The notes beneath the pieces are model-generated. The model worked only from the letters and a program-made list of their open reading frames with translations, was not told the origin of the DNA and did not search any database. A stretch of DNA of 64,000 nt from Actinomycetes bacterium (GTDB lineage Bacteria > Actinomycetota > Acidimicrobiia > Acidimicrobiales > Ilumatobacteraceae): positions 134-64,133 of the forward strand of contig JANMJD010000090.1 in the NCBI GenBank assembly GCA_031371195.1. The letters run 5' to 3'. Positions 1 through 9,568 of the stretch are shown in pieces (the stretch's first letter is position 1; every line of letters begins with the position of its first letter). A program made the translations under genes and the position numbers.

Positions 1-167
1 ATGATCACCTGGTCGGATTTGTCGATATCGAAGCGGAGGCGGGTGGGGTTCGGGGTGTCCACCGTGGAGCGCGCCTCGGGGGTGAACCAGTCGCCGTCGT
101 CGTTGCGGACGGCGATGATGAGCAGCACGACGATGAAGATGGCCGCGCCGAGTCCTCCCTTCTTCAC
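1..167 (-). CDS. hypothetical membrane-anchored protein, N-terminal part only (gene runs off the left edge)
   Basis: Minus-strand frame opens after an in-frame stop at 174-176 with GTG at 165-167. It reads VKKGGLGAAIFIVVLLIIAVRNDDGDWFTPEARSTVDTPNP..., a hydrophobic helix with strongly G/C-biased third codon positions. The plus-strand ORF 1-249 has implausible composition. Confidence 0.4.
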   Translation of the reverse strand, partial: MKKGGLGAAIFIVVLLIIAVRNDDGDWFTPEARSTVDTPNPTRLRFDIDKSDQVI

Positions 168-242
168 GAGCGCTCACGCTAGTGCGCAAAACGACGATGG
201 GGCGGGAGCCTCAGCCCCCGCCCCATCGGCAGATCTACGAGA

Positions 243-494
243 TCAGTGACCGTCGCCGTCTTTGTCACCGGGGATCTGGTCTTCGATCTTGTCCTTGATG
301 TCGCCGAGCTTGTCCTTCAGACCGCCGAGGAGGCCACCGGCCTCGTCCTTGGCGTCATCGGCTGCACCTTCGGCGGCCTCGGCCGCGTCGCCGCCCATGC
401 CCGGGATCTTGTCCTTGATCGAGTCCGGAATGGCGTCTTCGATCTTGTCCTTGATGCCTTCGGCCATGTCCTTGGCCTTGTCGAGTAAGCCCAT
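243..494 (-). CDS. small acidic Lys/Asp-rich protein (83 aa), resembling the MT0933-like small 'antitoxin'/stress protein family
   Basis: Internal ATG at 492-494 of ORF 243-935 gives MGLLDKAKDMAEGIKDKIEDAIPDSIKDKIPG...IKDKIEDQIPGDKDGDGH with internal IKDKIED-IP repeats. The MGxxDKAKD start is typical of that family as I recall it. The longer upstream ORF part overlaps msrA on the same strand in another frame. Confidence 0.6.
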   Translation of the reverse strand: MGLLDKAKDMAEGIKDKIEDAIPDSIKDKIPGMGGDAAEAAEGAADDAKDEAGGLLGGLKDKLGDIKDKIEDQIPGDKDGDGH

Positions 495-550
495 GGCTGA
501 CCCCTTTCGTGATGTGTTGGGAGCGGGAACCCGGGCGGATCGTAGCCCGC

Positions 551-1204
551 TCAGCGGGCAATGCCCACCGGACACGACACACCGGTGCCACCCAGGCCGC
601 AATAGCCGGCCGGATTCTTCGCCAGGTACTGCTGGTGATAGGGCTCGGCATAGTAGAACTCGGCGGCCTCGGCGATCTCGGTGGTGATCTCGCCGTAGTG
701 GGCCTTGTTCAGTTCGGCCTGGAACCGGTCGCGTGAGGCCGAGGCCGCCGTGGCCTGCGCTGCGGTCGTGGTGTAGATCGTCGAACGGTACTGCGTACCG
801 ACATCGTTGCCCTGACGCATTCCCTGAGTTGGATCGTGGCTCTCCCAGAACACGGCCAGGAGCTGCTCGAAGCTGACCACCGACGGGTCGAAGACCACGA
901 GGACGGCTTCGGTGTGCCCGGTGCGACCGCTGCACACCTCCTCGTAGGTCGCGTTCGGGGTATAGCCCCCGGCGTAGCCGACGGCCGTCGAGTAGACGCC
1001 GGGCACCACCCAGAACTTGCGCTCGGCACCCCAGAAGCAGCCCATCCCGAATTGGACGGTCTCGAACCCGGCAGGCCAGGGACCCACCAGGGGATGGCCG
1101 TTGACGTAGTGGGCGTCGGGCACCGACATCGACATGTCGGTGCGCCCGGGGAGCGCCTCCGCCGGATCGATCAACGTTGACTTGTGGCGGGAGAAGAGCA
1201 TCAC
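551..1204 (-). CDS. msrA: peptide-methionine (S)-S-oxide reductase
   Basis: GMGCFWGAE active-site motif, GYAGG, HTEAV and YHQQYL blocks. Typical length of 217 aa. Confidence 0.95.
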   Translation of the reverse strand: MMLFSRHKSTLIDPAEALPGRTDMSMSVPDAHYVNGHPLVGPWPAGFETVQFGMGCFWGAERKFWVVPGVYSTAVGYAGGYTPNATYEEVCSGRTGHTEAVLVVFDPSVVSFEQLLAVFWESHDPTQGMRQGNDVGTQYRSTIYTTTAAQATAASASRDRFQAELNKAHYGEITTEIAEAAEFYYAEPYHQQYLAKNPAGYCGLGGTGVSCPVGIAR

Positions 1205-1356
1205 AGACTCCTTGCGTTCGGCATGGCGATGCGGATGTTCATCAGTCTACGAACACTGCCATTTGTTACGGCCCGCCGAGGTCGACGACGCGCGAGACGA
1301 CGGTGACGCCGGCCTGACGACGACGGTGATCGACGGGCCGTCGCCAGTGCGCCACA

Positions 1357-2754
1357 ATGCTGGTGATGCACGTCGTTTTCGCCTCGGCCGAGTTCGCCCC
1401 GCTGGTCCGCGTCGGCGGTCTGGCGGCTGCCGCCGCCGGGCTGGTGGCCGAGTTGCGTCGCCAGGGCGTGAACGTCGACGTCGTGCTGCCCGACTACTTC
1501 GGCACCGAACTCGACGACGAACGGGTCTTCGATCTCGACGTGCCGATGTGGGCCGCTCCCGCCACCGCCCGCCACGGCACGATCGCCGGGATCGGCGAGT
1601 TGATCCTCGTCGACGTGCCCGGTATCCGCCGGCCCCATCCCTACGTCCAGCCAGATGGCGAGGGCTTCGCCGACAACGACCGGCGCTTCTTCGCCTTCTC
1701 TGCCGCGGTAGCCGCCCTGGCCCGCCAGCTGTGCCCCGATGTCGTCCACCTCAACGACTGGCACACCGCAACGACCCTGGCCCACCTCGATCCGCCGATT
1801 CCCAGCGTGCTTACCATTCACACCCTCGGCTACCAGGGGTGGACCGATCCAGGGTGGGTCCGGGCGATGCCCCACCGCCCCGAGGCGTTCCTCCACGGCG
1901 GCGCATGCAACCCACTGGTCGGCGGCATCCGACTGGCCGATGTCGTGATCACGGTCAGTCCGACCTACGCCCGCGAGGCGCTGGACCCAACCACCGGGGC
2001 GGGCGTGCACGATCTGCTTGCCGAGCGCGGGGAACGGTTCGTCGGCATCCGCAACGGCATCGACGTGATCGAGTGGAATCCGAGTGCCGATCCGCGGCTG
2101 CCCGCGCCGTTCGGTGCCGCCGACACTTCCGGCAGGCTCACCTCCAAACGCGCTGTGCAGGCCGAGTTGGGCCTGGCCCCGAGCGATGCGGCGTTGATCA
2201 CCGTCGTGACGCGGTTGGTCGACCAGAAAGGAGTCGACCTGGCCATTCCGGCGCTCGAGATGCTCAACACGATGCCCGCCCAGGTGGCCATCCTTGGCGA
2301 CGGCGCCCGCGAACTCGTCGACGCGCTGCACACCCTGGCCGCCCACCGACCCGGACAGATCGGGTTCCGCCAGGGCTACGACGAAGTACTCGCCCATCGC
2401 CTCTTCGCCGGCGGTGACATCTTCTTGATGCCGAGCCGCTTCGAGCCGTGCGGCCTTGCCCAGATGCAGGCGATGCAGTACGGGGCGCTGCCGATGGTCA
2501 CCGATGTGGGCGGATTGCACGACACCGTCATCGATATCGACGCGGCGCCCAAGGCGGGCACCGGCGTGGTCGCCCACTCGGTCACCACCAGTGGGGTCGT
2601 CGACGGATTGCATCGCGCCGTGCGTGCCTGGAACGTCCCGGCCCGCCGCGCGGCGATGCGCAAACGGGGAATGACCACCGACTGGTCGTGGAGTGCGCCC
2701 GCCCGCGAGCACATTGCGTGGTACGAGGAAATCATCGACCGCGCGGCGATGTAA
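1357..2754 (+). CDS. glgA: glycogen (starch) synthase, ADP-glucose type (GT5)
   Basis: N-terminus VVFASAEFAPLVRVGGLA (K/R-x-GGL motif), C-terminal PSRFEPCGLAQMQAMQYG block. Sits directly upstream of glgC. Alternative ATG at 1366. Confidence 0.9.
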   Translation: MLVMHVVFASAEFAPLVRVGGLAAAAAGLVAELRRQGVNVDVVLPDYFGTELDDERVFDLDVPMWAAPATARHGTIAGIGELILVDVPGIRRPHPYVQPDGEGFADNDRRFFAFSAAVAALARQLCPDVVHLNDWHTATTLAHLDPPIPSVLTIHTLGYQGWTDPGWVRAMPHRPEAFLHGGACNPLVGGIRLADVVITVSPTYAREALDPTTGAGVHDLLAERGERFVGIRNGIDVIEWNPSADPRLPAPFGAADTSGRLTSKRAVQAELGLAPSDAALITVVTRLVDQKGVDLAIPALEMLNTMPAQVAILGDGARELVDALHTLAAHRPGQIGFRQGYDEVLAHRLFAGGDIFLMPSRFEPCGLAQMQAMQYGALPMVTDVGGLHDTVIDIDAAPKAGTGVVAHSVTTSGVVDGLHRAVRAWNVPARRAAMRKRGMTTDWSWSAPAREHIAWYEEIIDRAAM

Positions 2755-2763
2755 CGTCACAGC

Positions 2764-3990
2764 GTGGTTCCTGCCCCGAAGATCCTGGTCGTCATCCTCG
2801 CCGGCGGCGAGGGCAAGCGACTCTCACCGCTCACCGCCGATCGCGCCAAGCCGGCGGTGCCGTTCGGGGGTTCGTATCGCATCATCGATTTCGTGCTGTC
2901 GAACTTCGCCAACGCCGGTCTGCTCAAGATCGTCGTGCTCACGCAATACAAGAGCCACAGCCTCGACCGCCACATCAGCCAGACGTGGCGGTTCTCCACG
3001 CTGCTCGGGAACTACGTGACCCCGGTGCCGGCCCAGATGCGCCGCGGGCCGCAGTGGTTCAGTGGCTCGGCCGACGCCATTTATCAGAACCTCAACCTGA
3101 TCAGCGACGAGCGCCCCGACTTCGTCTGCGTGTTCGGCGCCGATCACATCTACCACATGGACCCGCGTCAGATGGTCGATCAACACATCGAGTCGGGCGC
3201 GGCGGTGACGGTGGCGGCGATCCCGGTGCCGATCCACGAGGCGACGGAGTTCGGCATCATCGAGGCCGACAGCGACGGCAAGATCATCAGATTCGTCGAA
3301 AAACCCGCTGAGCCCCCGGCGATGCCCGGTGACCCGACACGGGCTCTTGCCTCGATGGGCAACTACGTCTTTCGTACCGACACCCTGATCGACATCGTCA
3401 CCCCCAAGGGCAACGTCGGGCTGAAGGACATGGGCGGCGACGTCATCCCGGCCCTCGCCGAGGCGGGCGACGCCTACATGTACGACTTCTCAAGTAACGA
3501 AATCCCTGGTCAGGCCGACTACGAGCGCGGCTATTGGCGCGATGTCGGCTCGCTCGACGCCTACTACGACGCCAACATGGATCTCATCGCTCCCGTCCCG
3601 CCATTCAGCCTGTACAACCCGATGTGGCCGGTCTACAGCCTGCAACTGCCCCTGCCCCCGGCCAAGCTCTCGTACGGCAGCGCCGGATCGACCTCCACCG
3701 TCACCCGTAGCCTGTTGTGTGCCGGGTCGATCGTGTCGGGCGGATCGATCGACAACTCGATCATCGGGCCGAACGTCTTCATCGAGGACGGAGCCCGGGT
3801 CACCGAGTCGATCATCTTCCCCGGGGTGCGCATCGGCTCCCGGGCGATCGTCCACCGGGCCATCATCGACAAGGACGTCACGGTGCCGGCGGGGTATCGG
3901 CTCGGTCTCGACGTCGGGACCTCGCGCGACGAGTTTTCGATATCGACGAACGGTGTCGTCGTGATCAACAATGCGCGGCCACTAACTTGA
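2764..3990 (+). CDS. glgC: glucose-1-phosphate adenylyltransferase
   Basis: GTG start. ILAGGEGKRLSPLTADRAKPAVPFGGSYRIIDFVLSN signature and a C-terminal left-handed beta-helix region. Confidence 0.95.
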   Translation: MVPAPKILVVILAGGEGKRLSPLTADRAKPAVPFGGSYRIIDFVLSNFANAGLLKIVVLTQYKSHSLDRHISQTWRFSTLLGNYVTPVPAQMRRGPQWFSGSADAIYQNLNLISDERPDFVCVFGADHIYHMDPRQMVDQHIESGAAVTVAAIPVPIHEATEFGIIEADSDGKIIRFVEKPAEPPAMPGDPTRALASMGNYVFRTDTLIDIVTPKGNVGLKDMGGDVIPALAEAGDAYMYDFSSNEIPGQADYERGYWRDVGSLDAYYDANMDLIAPVPPFSLYNPMWPVYSLQLPLPPAKLSYGSAGSTSTVTRSLLCAGSIVSGGSIDNSIIGPNVFIEDGARVTESIIFPGVRIGSRAIVHRAIIDKDVTVPAGYRLGLDVGTSRDEFSISTNGVVVINNARPLT

Positions 3991-3995
3991 CGCCC

Positions 3996-4913
3996 ATGAT
4001 TGCCGTGGGCGGGGAAGCACTGATCGATCTGGTCATCCGGCCCGACGGAACCGTCGCCGCCAAACTCGGCGGAGGGCCGTTCAACGCGGCACGAACGATC
4101 GCCCGGTTGGGTGGCCAGGTCGCCTTCCTGGGAACACTGTCGAACGACCGGTTCGGCCACATGTTGCTCGACCAGCTCTCTGTCGACAACGTTGTCACGT
4201 CGTACGGAGCGCGTGTCGAAGTACCCACCACCTTGGCTGCCGCCGAACTCGACGACGGGGGATCGGCCACCTACCGGTTCTATCTCGATGGCACCTCCGC
4301 CCCGGCGATGACCGGCACCGTGCTGCCGACCGGCACGATCGCCCTGCATGTCGGCACGTTGGGATTCGTGTTGGAACCAATGGCGACGACACTCGAACGC
4401 CTGGTCGTCACCGCCCCCGACGACGTGCTCGTACTGATCGATCCCAACTGCCGGGGTCGGGTGATCAACGATCGACCGGGATACCTCGCCCGCATCGACC
4501 GGGTCATCGCCCGCGCCGATGTGGTCAAGATCTCCACCGATGACGCCGAATATCTCGACCCGACGTCCTCGCCGGTCGAGGTCGCCCGCCGCATGCTGTC
4601 GTTGGGCACCCGGGTCGTCATCCTCAGCGATGGCGGCTCGGCCACGTACGTGCTGACCGCCGACGACGAGATCCGGGTCGAAGTACCCGAGATCACGGTC
4701 GTCGACACGATCGGGGCGGGCGACGCGCTCGGAGGGTCGTTCCTCCAGTGGTGGGTGTCGCAGGGCCTCGGCCGGTCCGATCTCACCGATACCGCGCTGC
4801 TCGCCGATGCGATGGCCGCAGCCGTGGTCGTCGCTGCGCGTACCTGCGAGCGGGCCGGTGCCGATCCGCCGTTCCGCGATCAACTGCCCGCCGATTGGGC
4901 ACCAGTCGGTTAG
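3996..4913 (+). CDS. PfkB-family carbohydrate kinase (fructokinase-like)
   Basis: ATG at 3996, 6 nt after the glgC stop. MIAVGGEALIDLV...GGGPFNAARTIARLG and the C-terminal DTIGAGDALGGSF (PfkB motif 2). The upstream part of ORF 3717-4913 overlaps glgC in another frame. Confidence 0.85.
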   Translation: MIAVGGEALIDLVIRPDGTVAAKLGGGPFNAARTIARLGGQVAFLGTLSNDRFGHMLLDQLSVDNVVTSYGARVEVPTTLAAAELDDGGSATYRFYLDGTSAPAMTGTVLPTGTIALHVGTLGFVLEPMATTLERLVVTAPDDVLVLIDPNCRGRVINDRPGYLARIDRVIARADVVKISTDDAEYLDPTSSPVEVARRMLSLGTRVVILSDGGSATYVLTADDEIRVEVPEITVVDTIGAGDALGGSFLQWWVSQGLGRSDLTDTALLADAMAAAVVVAARTCERAGADPPFRDQLPADWAPVG

Positions 4914-4932
4914 ACCCGTGAGAACGACCGCA

Positions 4933-5553
4933 ATGGATACCGACGCCGCAGTGGCCCGCGCCGCCGAGATGGCCGAATCGGGCGGCCGGCGGATCCTGGG
5001 GATCGTCGGCTGTCCGGGAGCGGGCAAATCGACGCTGGCCGCCCGGATCGTGGCAACCCTCGGACCCGATTGGGCGGTGTCGGTGCCGATGGACGGCTTT
5101 CATCTGGCCAACTCGATGCTCGTCGATCTGGGTCGGCGAGATTGCAAGGGGGCCGCCGACACCTTCGACGCCGCGGGCTATGTCGCCTTGTTGGAACGCC
5201 TGCGCGACCAGCACGACGACGAGGTCGTCTACGCCCCCGAATTCCGCCGTGACCTGGGAGAAGGCATCGCCGGAGCGATTGCTGTGCCGTGCTCGGTCCC
5301 GCTGGTCGTCACCGAGGGGAACTATCTGCTGCACGGTGACGACGCCTGGCGGGAGGTCGCTCCGCTGCTCCACGAGTGCTGGTACGTCGATGTCGACGAC
5401 GAGGTTCGACTGGACCGGCTGATCGCCCGTCACATCCACTTCGGCAAGACGCCCGACGCGGCCCGCGAATGGGTGATGCGCTCCGACGAGGCCAATGCTG
5501 TGGTGATCAAGGCGACTCGTGGGCGAGCCGATCATCGCGTCCGGGTCGAATGA
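4933..5553 (+). CDS. P-loop nucleoside/nucleotide kinase family protein (uridine kinase / FrcK-like)
   Basis: Walker A GCPGAGKST close to the N-terminus when started at ATG 4933. Follows the sugar kinase on the same strand. Confidence 0.7.
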   Translation: MDTDAAVARAAEMAESGGRRILGIVGCPGAGKSTLAARIVATLGPDWAVSVPMDGFHLANSMLVDLGRRDCKGAADTFDAAGYVALLERLRDQHDDEVVYAPEFRRDLGEGIAGAIAVPCSVPLVVTEGNYLLHGDDAWREVAPLLHECWYVDVDDEVRLDRLIARHIHFGKTPDAAREWVMRSDEANAVVIKATRGRADHRVRVE

Positions 5554-5663
5554 CGCGGTCCATCGCCGGCTCGTCTCTGCGCCGGGCGCGCCGAAGTCGA
5601 CCCCACTGACCGGAGTGGTCAGCTGAGGCCGACGTCGACGCGTGGACCGGGATTGAACGGATA

Positions 5664-6410
5664 TCAGACGGGGAGCACCCCGAGCGCCAGCTTGCCGGCA
5701 ACACCGAAGTAGCGGGCGCTGGCCCGGTAGCGCCCCGGGGCGAGGGACGCCACGATGCTCGGCGAGTTGGCGGTGAGCGGGCCCGAGACCACGGTGTAGG
5801 GCTCACAGACGCCCGTGGCGACGTTGCACAGGTTGAGGCCGACCATCCCGTCGACCAGATTGTCCGGAGCGGCGAGCACCTTGAAGTCGACCTTTTGCTG
5901 CGGGCTGACCTTGAAGGTCATCTCGACGGATTGGCCCTGCTCCATCGGGAACTGCTGCTGCTGGCCGATCGTCGTGGCGGTCGTGATGTTCTGGTAGAAG
6001 AACAGCTGCACCTGGCTGTGCACGCCGGCGCCCGGGGCGAACGGTAGTAGCCGGATGAACCAGGTGCCGGGCGACAGCGTCTGCGTCTCGGTCCCGGCGT
6101 TGTAGATCGGGCCGACCGACGGGAGCTGCTGACCGTTCGGGCCGATGAGTTGGATCCGCGCCTCGCCGGGCCCGGTGTTCGTCCCGATCACGAAGTTGTT
6201 GGCGTACGCCAGCGTGGTGGCGGTGACCTCGAACTTGAGTTGGACCTCGGTATCGGGGGCACCGTTGACGACCACGGCCGGGCCGTCGGGAACGATGACC
6301 CCTTGCTGGATCGGCGGGGCGGCGTGGGCGGCGGGAGCACCGACGACGGCGAGCGGAGCGGCAAGTGCAGTGGCGAGGGCAACGATGAGAGAACGACGGG
6401 TGAGACGCAT
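5664..6410 (-). CDS. secreted hypothetical protein
   Basis: ATG at 6410 is preceded by AGGAGG. Signal peptide MRLTRRSLIVALATALAAPLAVVGAPAAHA. The mature part is rich in beta-strand-like segments and I recognise no family. Confidence 0.7.
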   Translation of the reverse strand: MRLTRRSLIVALATALAAPLAVVGAPAAHAAPPIQQGVIVPDGPAVVVNGAPDTEVQLKFEVTATTLAYANNFVIGTNTGPGEARIQLIGPNGQQLPSVGPIYNAGTETQTLSPGTWFIRLLPFAPGAGVHSQVQLFFYQNITTATTIGQQQQFPMEQGQSVEMTFKVSPQQKVDFKVLAAPDNLVDGMVGLNLCNVATGVCEPYTVVSGPLTANSPSIVASLAPGRYRASARYFGVAGKLALGVLPV

Positions 6411-6551
6411 TTGGGGCCTCCTTGGGGCTGGTTCGGTATGGCGTCGGTCACAGGTACGCCGTCCCTGGGCCGCCGGTTCACGGAAATCTCGAAGAATCTC
6501 AGAGATCTCTCGACCTGACGGTCGTCGGCGCCGAGGTAGCGTCCGCATCGC

Positions 6552-7028
6552 ATGGAGATCCGTTCCCTAGCCGCCGACGATCTGCCCGCTGCCGTGGCGA
6601 TCAACAACGCCAACGTGCCGGGCGTGAGCGACACGGACCTGACCCGGCTCACCCACCTTTACGCCGAGTCCCTGGCCTCGCTGGGGGCGTACGACGGCGA
6701 CACGTTGGCCGGCTTCTCGATCACCTTCGCCCCGGGCGCCGAATACCACAGCGTGAACTACCGGTGGTTCTGCGACCGCTACACCGACTTCGCCTACCTC
6801 GACCGGATCGCCGTCCGCGACGACTACCAGGGCCGGGGGATCGGCGCAGCGCTCTATGCCGACCTCGAAGCGCGCATCGGTGCCGAATGGCTGACCTGCG
6901 AGGTGAACCTGCGTCCCCGCAACGACGGATCACTGCGGTTTCATCACCGCATCGGCTTCTCCGAGGTCGGCCAACAGGAAACGGACTACGGCGTGCTCGT
7001 CTCGATGCTCGCCAAACGACTGGAATGA
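6552..7028 (+). CDS. GNAT-family N-acetyltransferase
   Basis: Acetyl-CoA binding block RIAVRDDYQGRGIGAALY (Q/RxxGxG/A). 158 aa. Confidence 0.8.
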   Translation: MEIRSLAADDLPAAVAINNANVPGVSDTDLTRLTHLYAESLASLGAYDGDTLAGFSITFAPGAEYHSVNYRWFCDRYTDFAYLDRIAVRDDYQGRGIGAALYADLEARIGAEWLTCEVNLRPRNDGSLRFHHRIGFSEVGQQETDYGVLVSMLAKRLE

Positions 7029-7072
7029 CTGCCGCCCGGTGTCGCCGAGGCAAGCCGCCCGGCGGCTCGCCG

Positions 7073-9424
7073 CTACACCGGCTGATAGCCGTTCAGGTCG
7101 ACGAGCATGTCGACCGAAGCGGTGGTGAAGAGACAGACGGTCCCCGATGCGCTCGGCCGGGCGATCACCGCATTGGGAATCGTCCGGCCGCGGGTGAAGT
7201 TGAGATTCGATGCGTTCGGTCTAGGCGCATCGCACGGATAGACCGTCACATATCCCGAGTCCCGGGCATCGACCACCGTGACGTTGAGGACGACCGCCTC
7301 GACCCCTCCCGGGACATCGCCTCGCCTGGTCACCGGCAACTCCGTCGTCGATCCGGCGGCGAGCGCTCCACCGTTGGAGAACCTTCCATCGATCGTCGGA
7401 GTGGCGTTCGGTCGGGTCTCGAAGACCCGGAGCGGTGAGAGCGGCACGAACCCCGAGTCCGCCGGGTGGACGCCGTTGACGTCGACGGTCATCTGCGTGC
7501 CGGCCGTGGTCGCCACGCACACCGTGCCCGTCACACTGAGCTTGACGATCACGGCGTTGGCGATCGTGCGACCGGTGGTGAAGTTGAGATGCGATGCATT
7601 GGGCTGCCGGCTGTCACAGGGATACAGCGTCACGTAGCCGTCCCGCTCCGGCTCGGTGACGGTGACATTGAGTACGGCTGCCCTCGCCCCCGGGGGAACT
7701 CCGCCCCGCCCGGCAACGGTCAGCTTGGTCACCGAGTCCCGATCGAGCGCGCCGCCGTTGGAGAACCGACCGTCGACCGTGGGTGTCGCTGCCCGACGAG
7801 TCTCCAGCAACCGGGACGGGATCAACGGAAGATACGGCGAACCGCGGGGATGGATGCCGCTCGCATCGATCGTCATCTGCGTGGCGGCGGTGGTGAACAC
7901 GCAGACCGTGCCGGCGGCGCTGAGCTTGGCGACCACGGCATTGGGGATCGTCTCGCCGGCGATGAAGTTGAGGTTGGAGGCATTCGGTCGGGGGCCGTCG
8001 CACGGATAGACAGTGACGTAGCCGTCGGACTGCGGCTCGGTGACCGTGACGTTGAGGACGACGGCGAGCGCCGCCGGCGGGATGTCGGCTCGGCCGGTGA
8101 CCGCCAGTTCGGTGACCGAACCGGCCGGGAGCGACCCGCCGTTGGAGAACCGTCCGTCGATCGTCGGCGTGGCCGCCGGTCGTGTCTCGAGCAACCGGAC
8201 GGGCGAGAACCCCTGAAACTCCGGAGCCAAGGTCAGCCTCGGAGGCGGCAGCAACACGCCGTCGAGCACCTCCTCGGGGGCGGGCGGCGGGACCACGGCA
8301 GGGAACGGGATGTGCCACAGCGAGCCATCGGCGCGCAAGGCCAGTGTCGATGCCGGACCGGCGGCCACGCCGACGACCGCATCGAGCGCCGGGAAGACCA
8401 GCGGCTCGGTGGTGTACCGCTGCACCCGTCCGCCGACGCCCCGGACCACGCCGTTCGTATCGGCCACGACGGTATGGAACGGTCCCATGGCGGTGGCAGC
8501 CGCCCGACCGAGGGCAGCCACACGGCGCGGTTCGAACCGTCGCCAGAACAGGTCATCCGCCGTTCCCAATTCGCCGTACGCGTTGCGCCCGAATGTCCAG
8601 GCGGCACCATCGAGTGCGATCACCGTCGTGTGTTGGCCTCCCGCCGCCACGGCGACGACCCGACCGGCCTCGGCGACCACCTCGGGAAGCGGGTTGGGGA
8701 CGTAGCTGCGGAAGTTGGTCGACCGCCCGAGCTGGCCATCGGCGTTGAGACCGAGCGTCGACACCGTGCCCCGAGCCGTGAGGGCCACCACATGCTCGGT
8801 ACCGGCGGCGATCCGAACGACGTCGTCGAGGCCGACGATCGGCCGGGGCACCGGGTTCGGGTCGGCCGGGTGAGCGGGCAGTGGCGCTCCGAGCTGACCT
8901 CGGGAGTTCGAACCGAATCCCCAGACCGATCCGTCGTCGGTGACGGCGGCGACGAAGGCCCGTCCGGCGGCGATCGCCACCACCCGACCGAGGCCGACAA
9001 CCGGTCTGGGGGTTGCGCTGGTCACGCCCACCCCGGCCGGAACGGTGCCGAGTTGGCCGGCGTCGTTGGCCCCGAAGGTCCACACGGTGCCATCGCCGAG
9101 TTGCACGACAGTGAAGTCGGCCCCCGCGGCGACGGCGACGGCTCCGGCTATCCCCGGTACCCGGGTCGGGGTGGTGACCAGAGCGTCGGTGCCGTAGTTG
9201 GTCGTCAACCCGAGCTGCCCCGAGCGATTCAGACCCCACGTCCACACCGTCCCGTCGGTGCGCACGGCGGCGAAGTGGTGATCGCCGATGGCCACGGTCG
9301 GCCCGGACGACGACGGGGTTGGCCCGGCCTCGGCCACCGCACCCGGGCCGATTCCCCACAAGGCGATCGCCGCGGCCAAGATGACGACGCCGCGGCTCCA
9401 GCGCCGGCTTGTCACTTCAGCCAT
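7073..9424 (-). CDS. secreted RCC1-repeat beta-propeller protein with three C-terminal copies of an unassigned ~125-aa module
   Basis: Signal peptide from ATG 9424 (MAEVTSRRWSRGVVILAAAIALWGIGPGAVAEA); alternative GTG at 9463. Repeated GTVWTWGxNxxGQLG blades (about 7). Three C-terminal repeats follow. Confidence 0.85.
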   Translation of the reverse strand: MAEVTSRRWSRGVVILAAAIALWGIGPGAVAEAGPTPSSSGPTVAIGDHHFAAVRTDGTVWTWGLNRSGQLGLTTNYGTDALVTTPTRVPGIAGAVAVAAGADFTVVQLGDGTVWTFGANDAGQLGTVPAGVGVTSATPRPVVGLGRVVAIAAGRAFVAAVTDDGSVWGFGSNSRGQLGAPLPAHPADPNPVPRPIVGLDDVVRIAAGTEHVVALTARGTVSTLGLNADGQLGRSTNFRSYVPNPLPEVVAEAGRVVAVAAGGQHTTVIALDGAAWTFGRNAYGELGTADDLFWRRFEPRRVAALGRAAATAMGPFHTVVADTNGVVRGVGGRVQRYTTEPLVFPALDAVVGVAAGPASTLALRADGSLWHIPFPAVVPPPAPEEVLDGVLLPPPRLTLAPEFQGFSPVRLLETRPAATPTIDGRFSNGGSLPAGSVTELAVTGRADIPPAALAVVLNVTVTEPQSDGYVTVYPCDGPRPNASNLNFIAGETIPNAVVAKLSAAGTVCVFTTAATQMTIDASGIHPRGSPYLPLIPSRLLETRRAATPTVDGRFSNGGALDRDSVTKLTVAGRGGVPPGARAAVLNVTVTEPERDGYVTLYPCDSRQPNASHLNFTTGRTIANAVIVKLSVTGTVCVATTAGTQMTVDVNGVHPADSGFVPLSPLRVFETRPNATPTIDGRFSNGGALAAGSTTELPVTRRGDVPGGVEAVVLNVTVVDARDSGYVTVYPCDAPRPNASNLNFTRGRTIPNAVIARPSASGTVCLFTTASVDMLVDLNGYQPV
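7076..8207. repeat. three tandem in-frame coding repeats of about 375-384 bp
   Basis: Units at about 8207-7835, 7834-7451 and 7450-7076 encode colinear modules. Shared blocks: ETRxxATPT(I/V)DGRFSNGG, AVVLNVTV, GYVT(V/L)YPCD, PNAS(N/H)LNF, GTVC. Confidence 0.85.
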
Positions 9425-9568
9425 GGGTTCAATCCAACCTCCGCCCGCCAGGCGGATATTCACGCAACGCGTCGATCAACCGTGATCGACCTCCCAGAGT
9501 AGCCGCGCCGGGAGTCAAGTCGACGGGCGCCACACCATCCGTTCGGCGCACTTCAGGTCGGCGCGGCA

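Noticed and set aside
1-249. Plus-strand ORF of 82 aa at the left edge
   Set aside because: Ser/Thr/Met-rich composition with poor third-position GC bias. The opposite strand carries a frame with strong bias and a TM helix, which I annotated instead.
7466-9502. Very long antisense ORFs opposite real genes: 7466-9502, 1201-2760, 13872-15494, 23173-24933, 40645-42072 and 51051-52304
   Set aside because: These are typical shadow ORFs of high-GC DNA. They are Arg/Gly/Pro/Asp-rich with no recognisable motifs, and each lies fully inside a gene with strong family signatures on the other strand.
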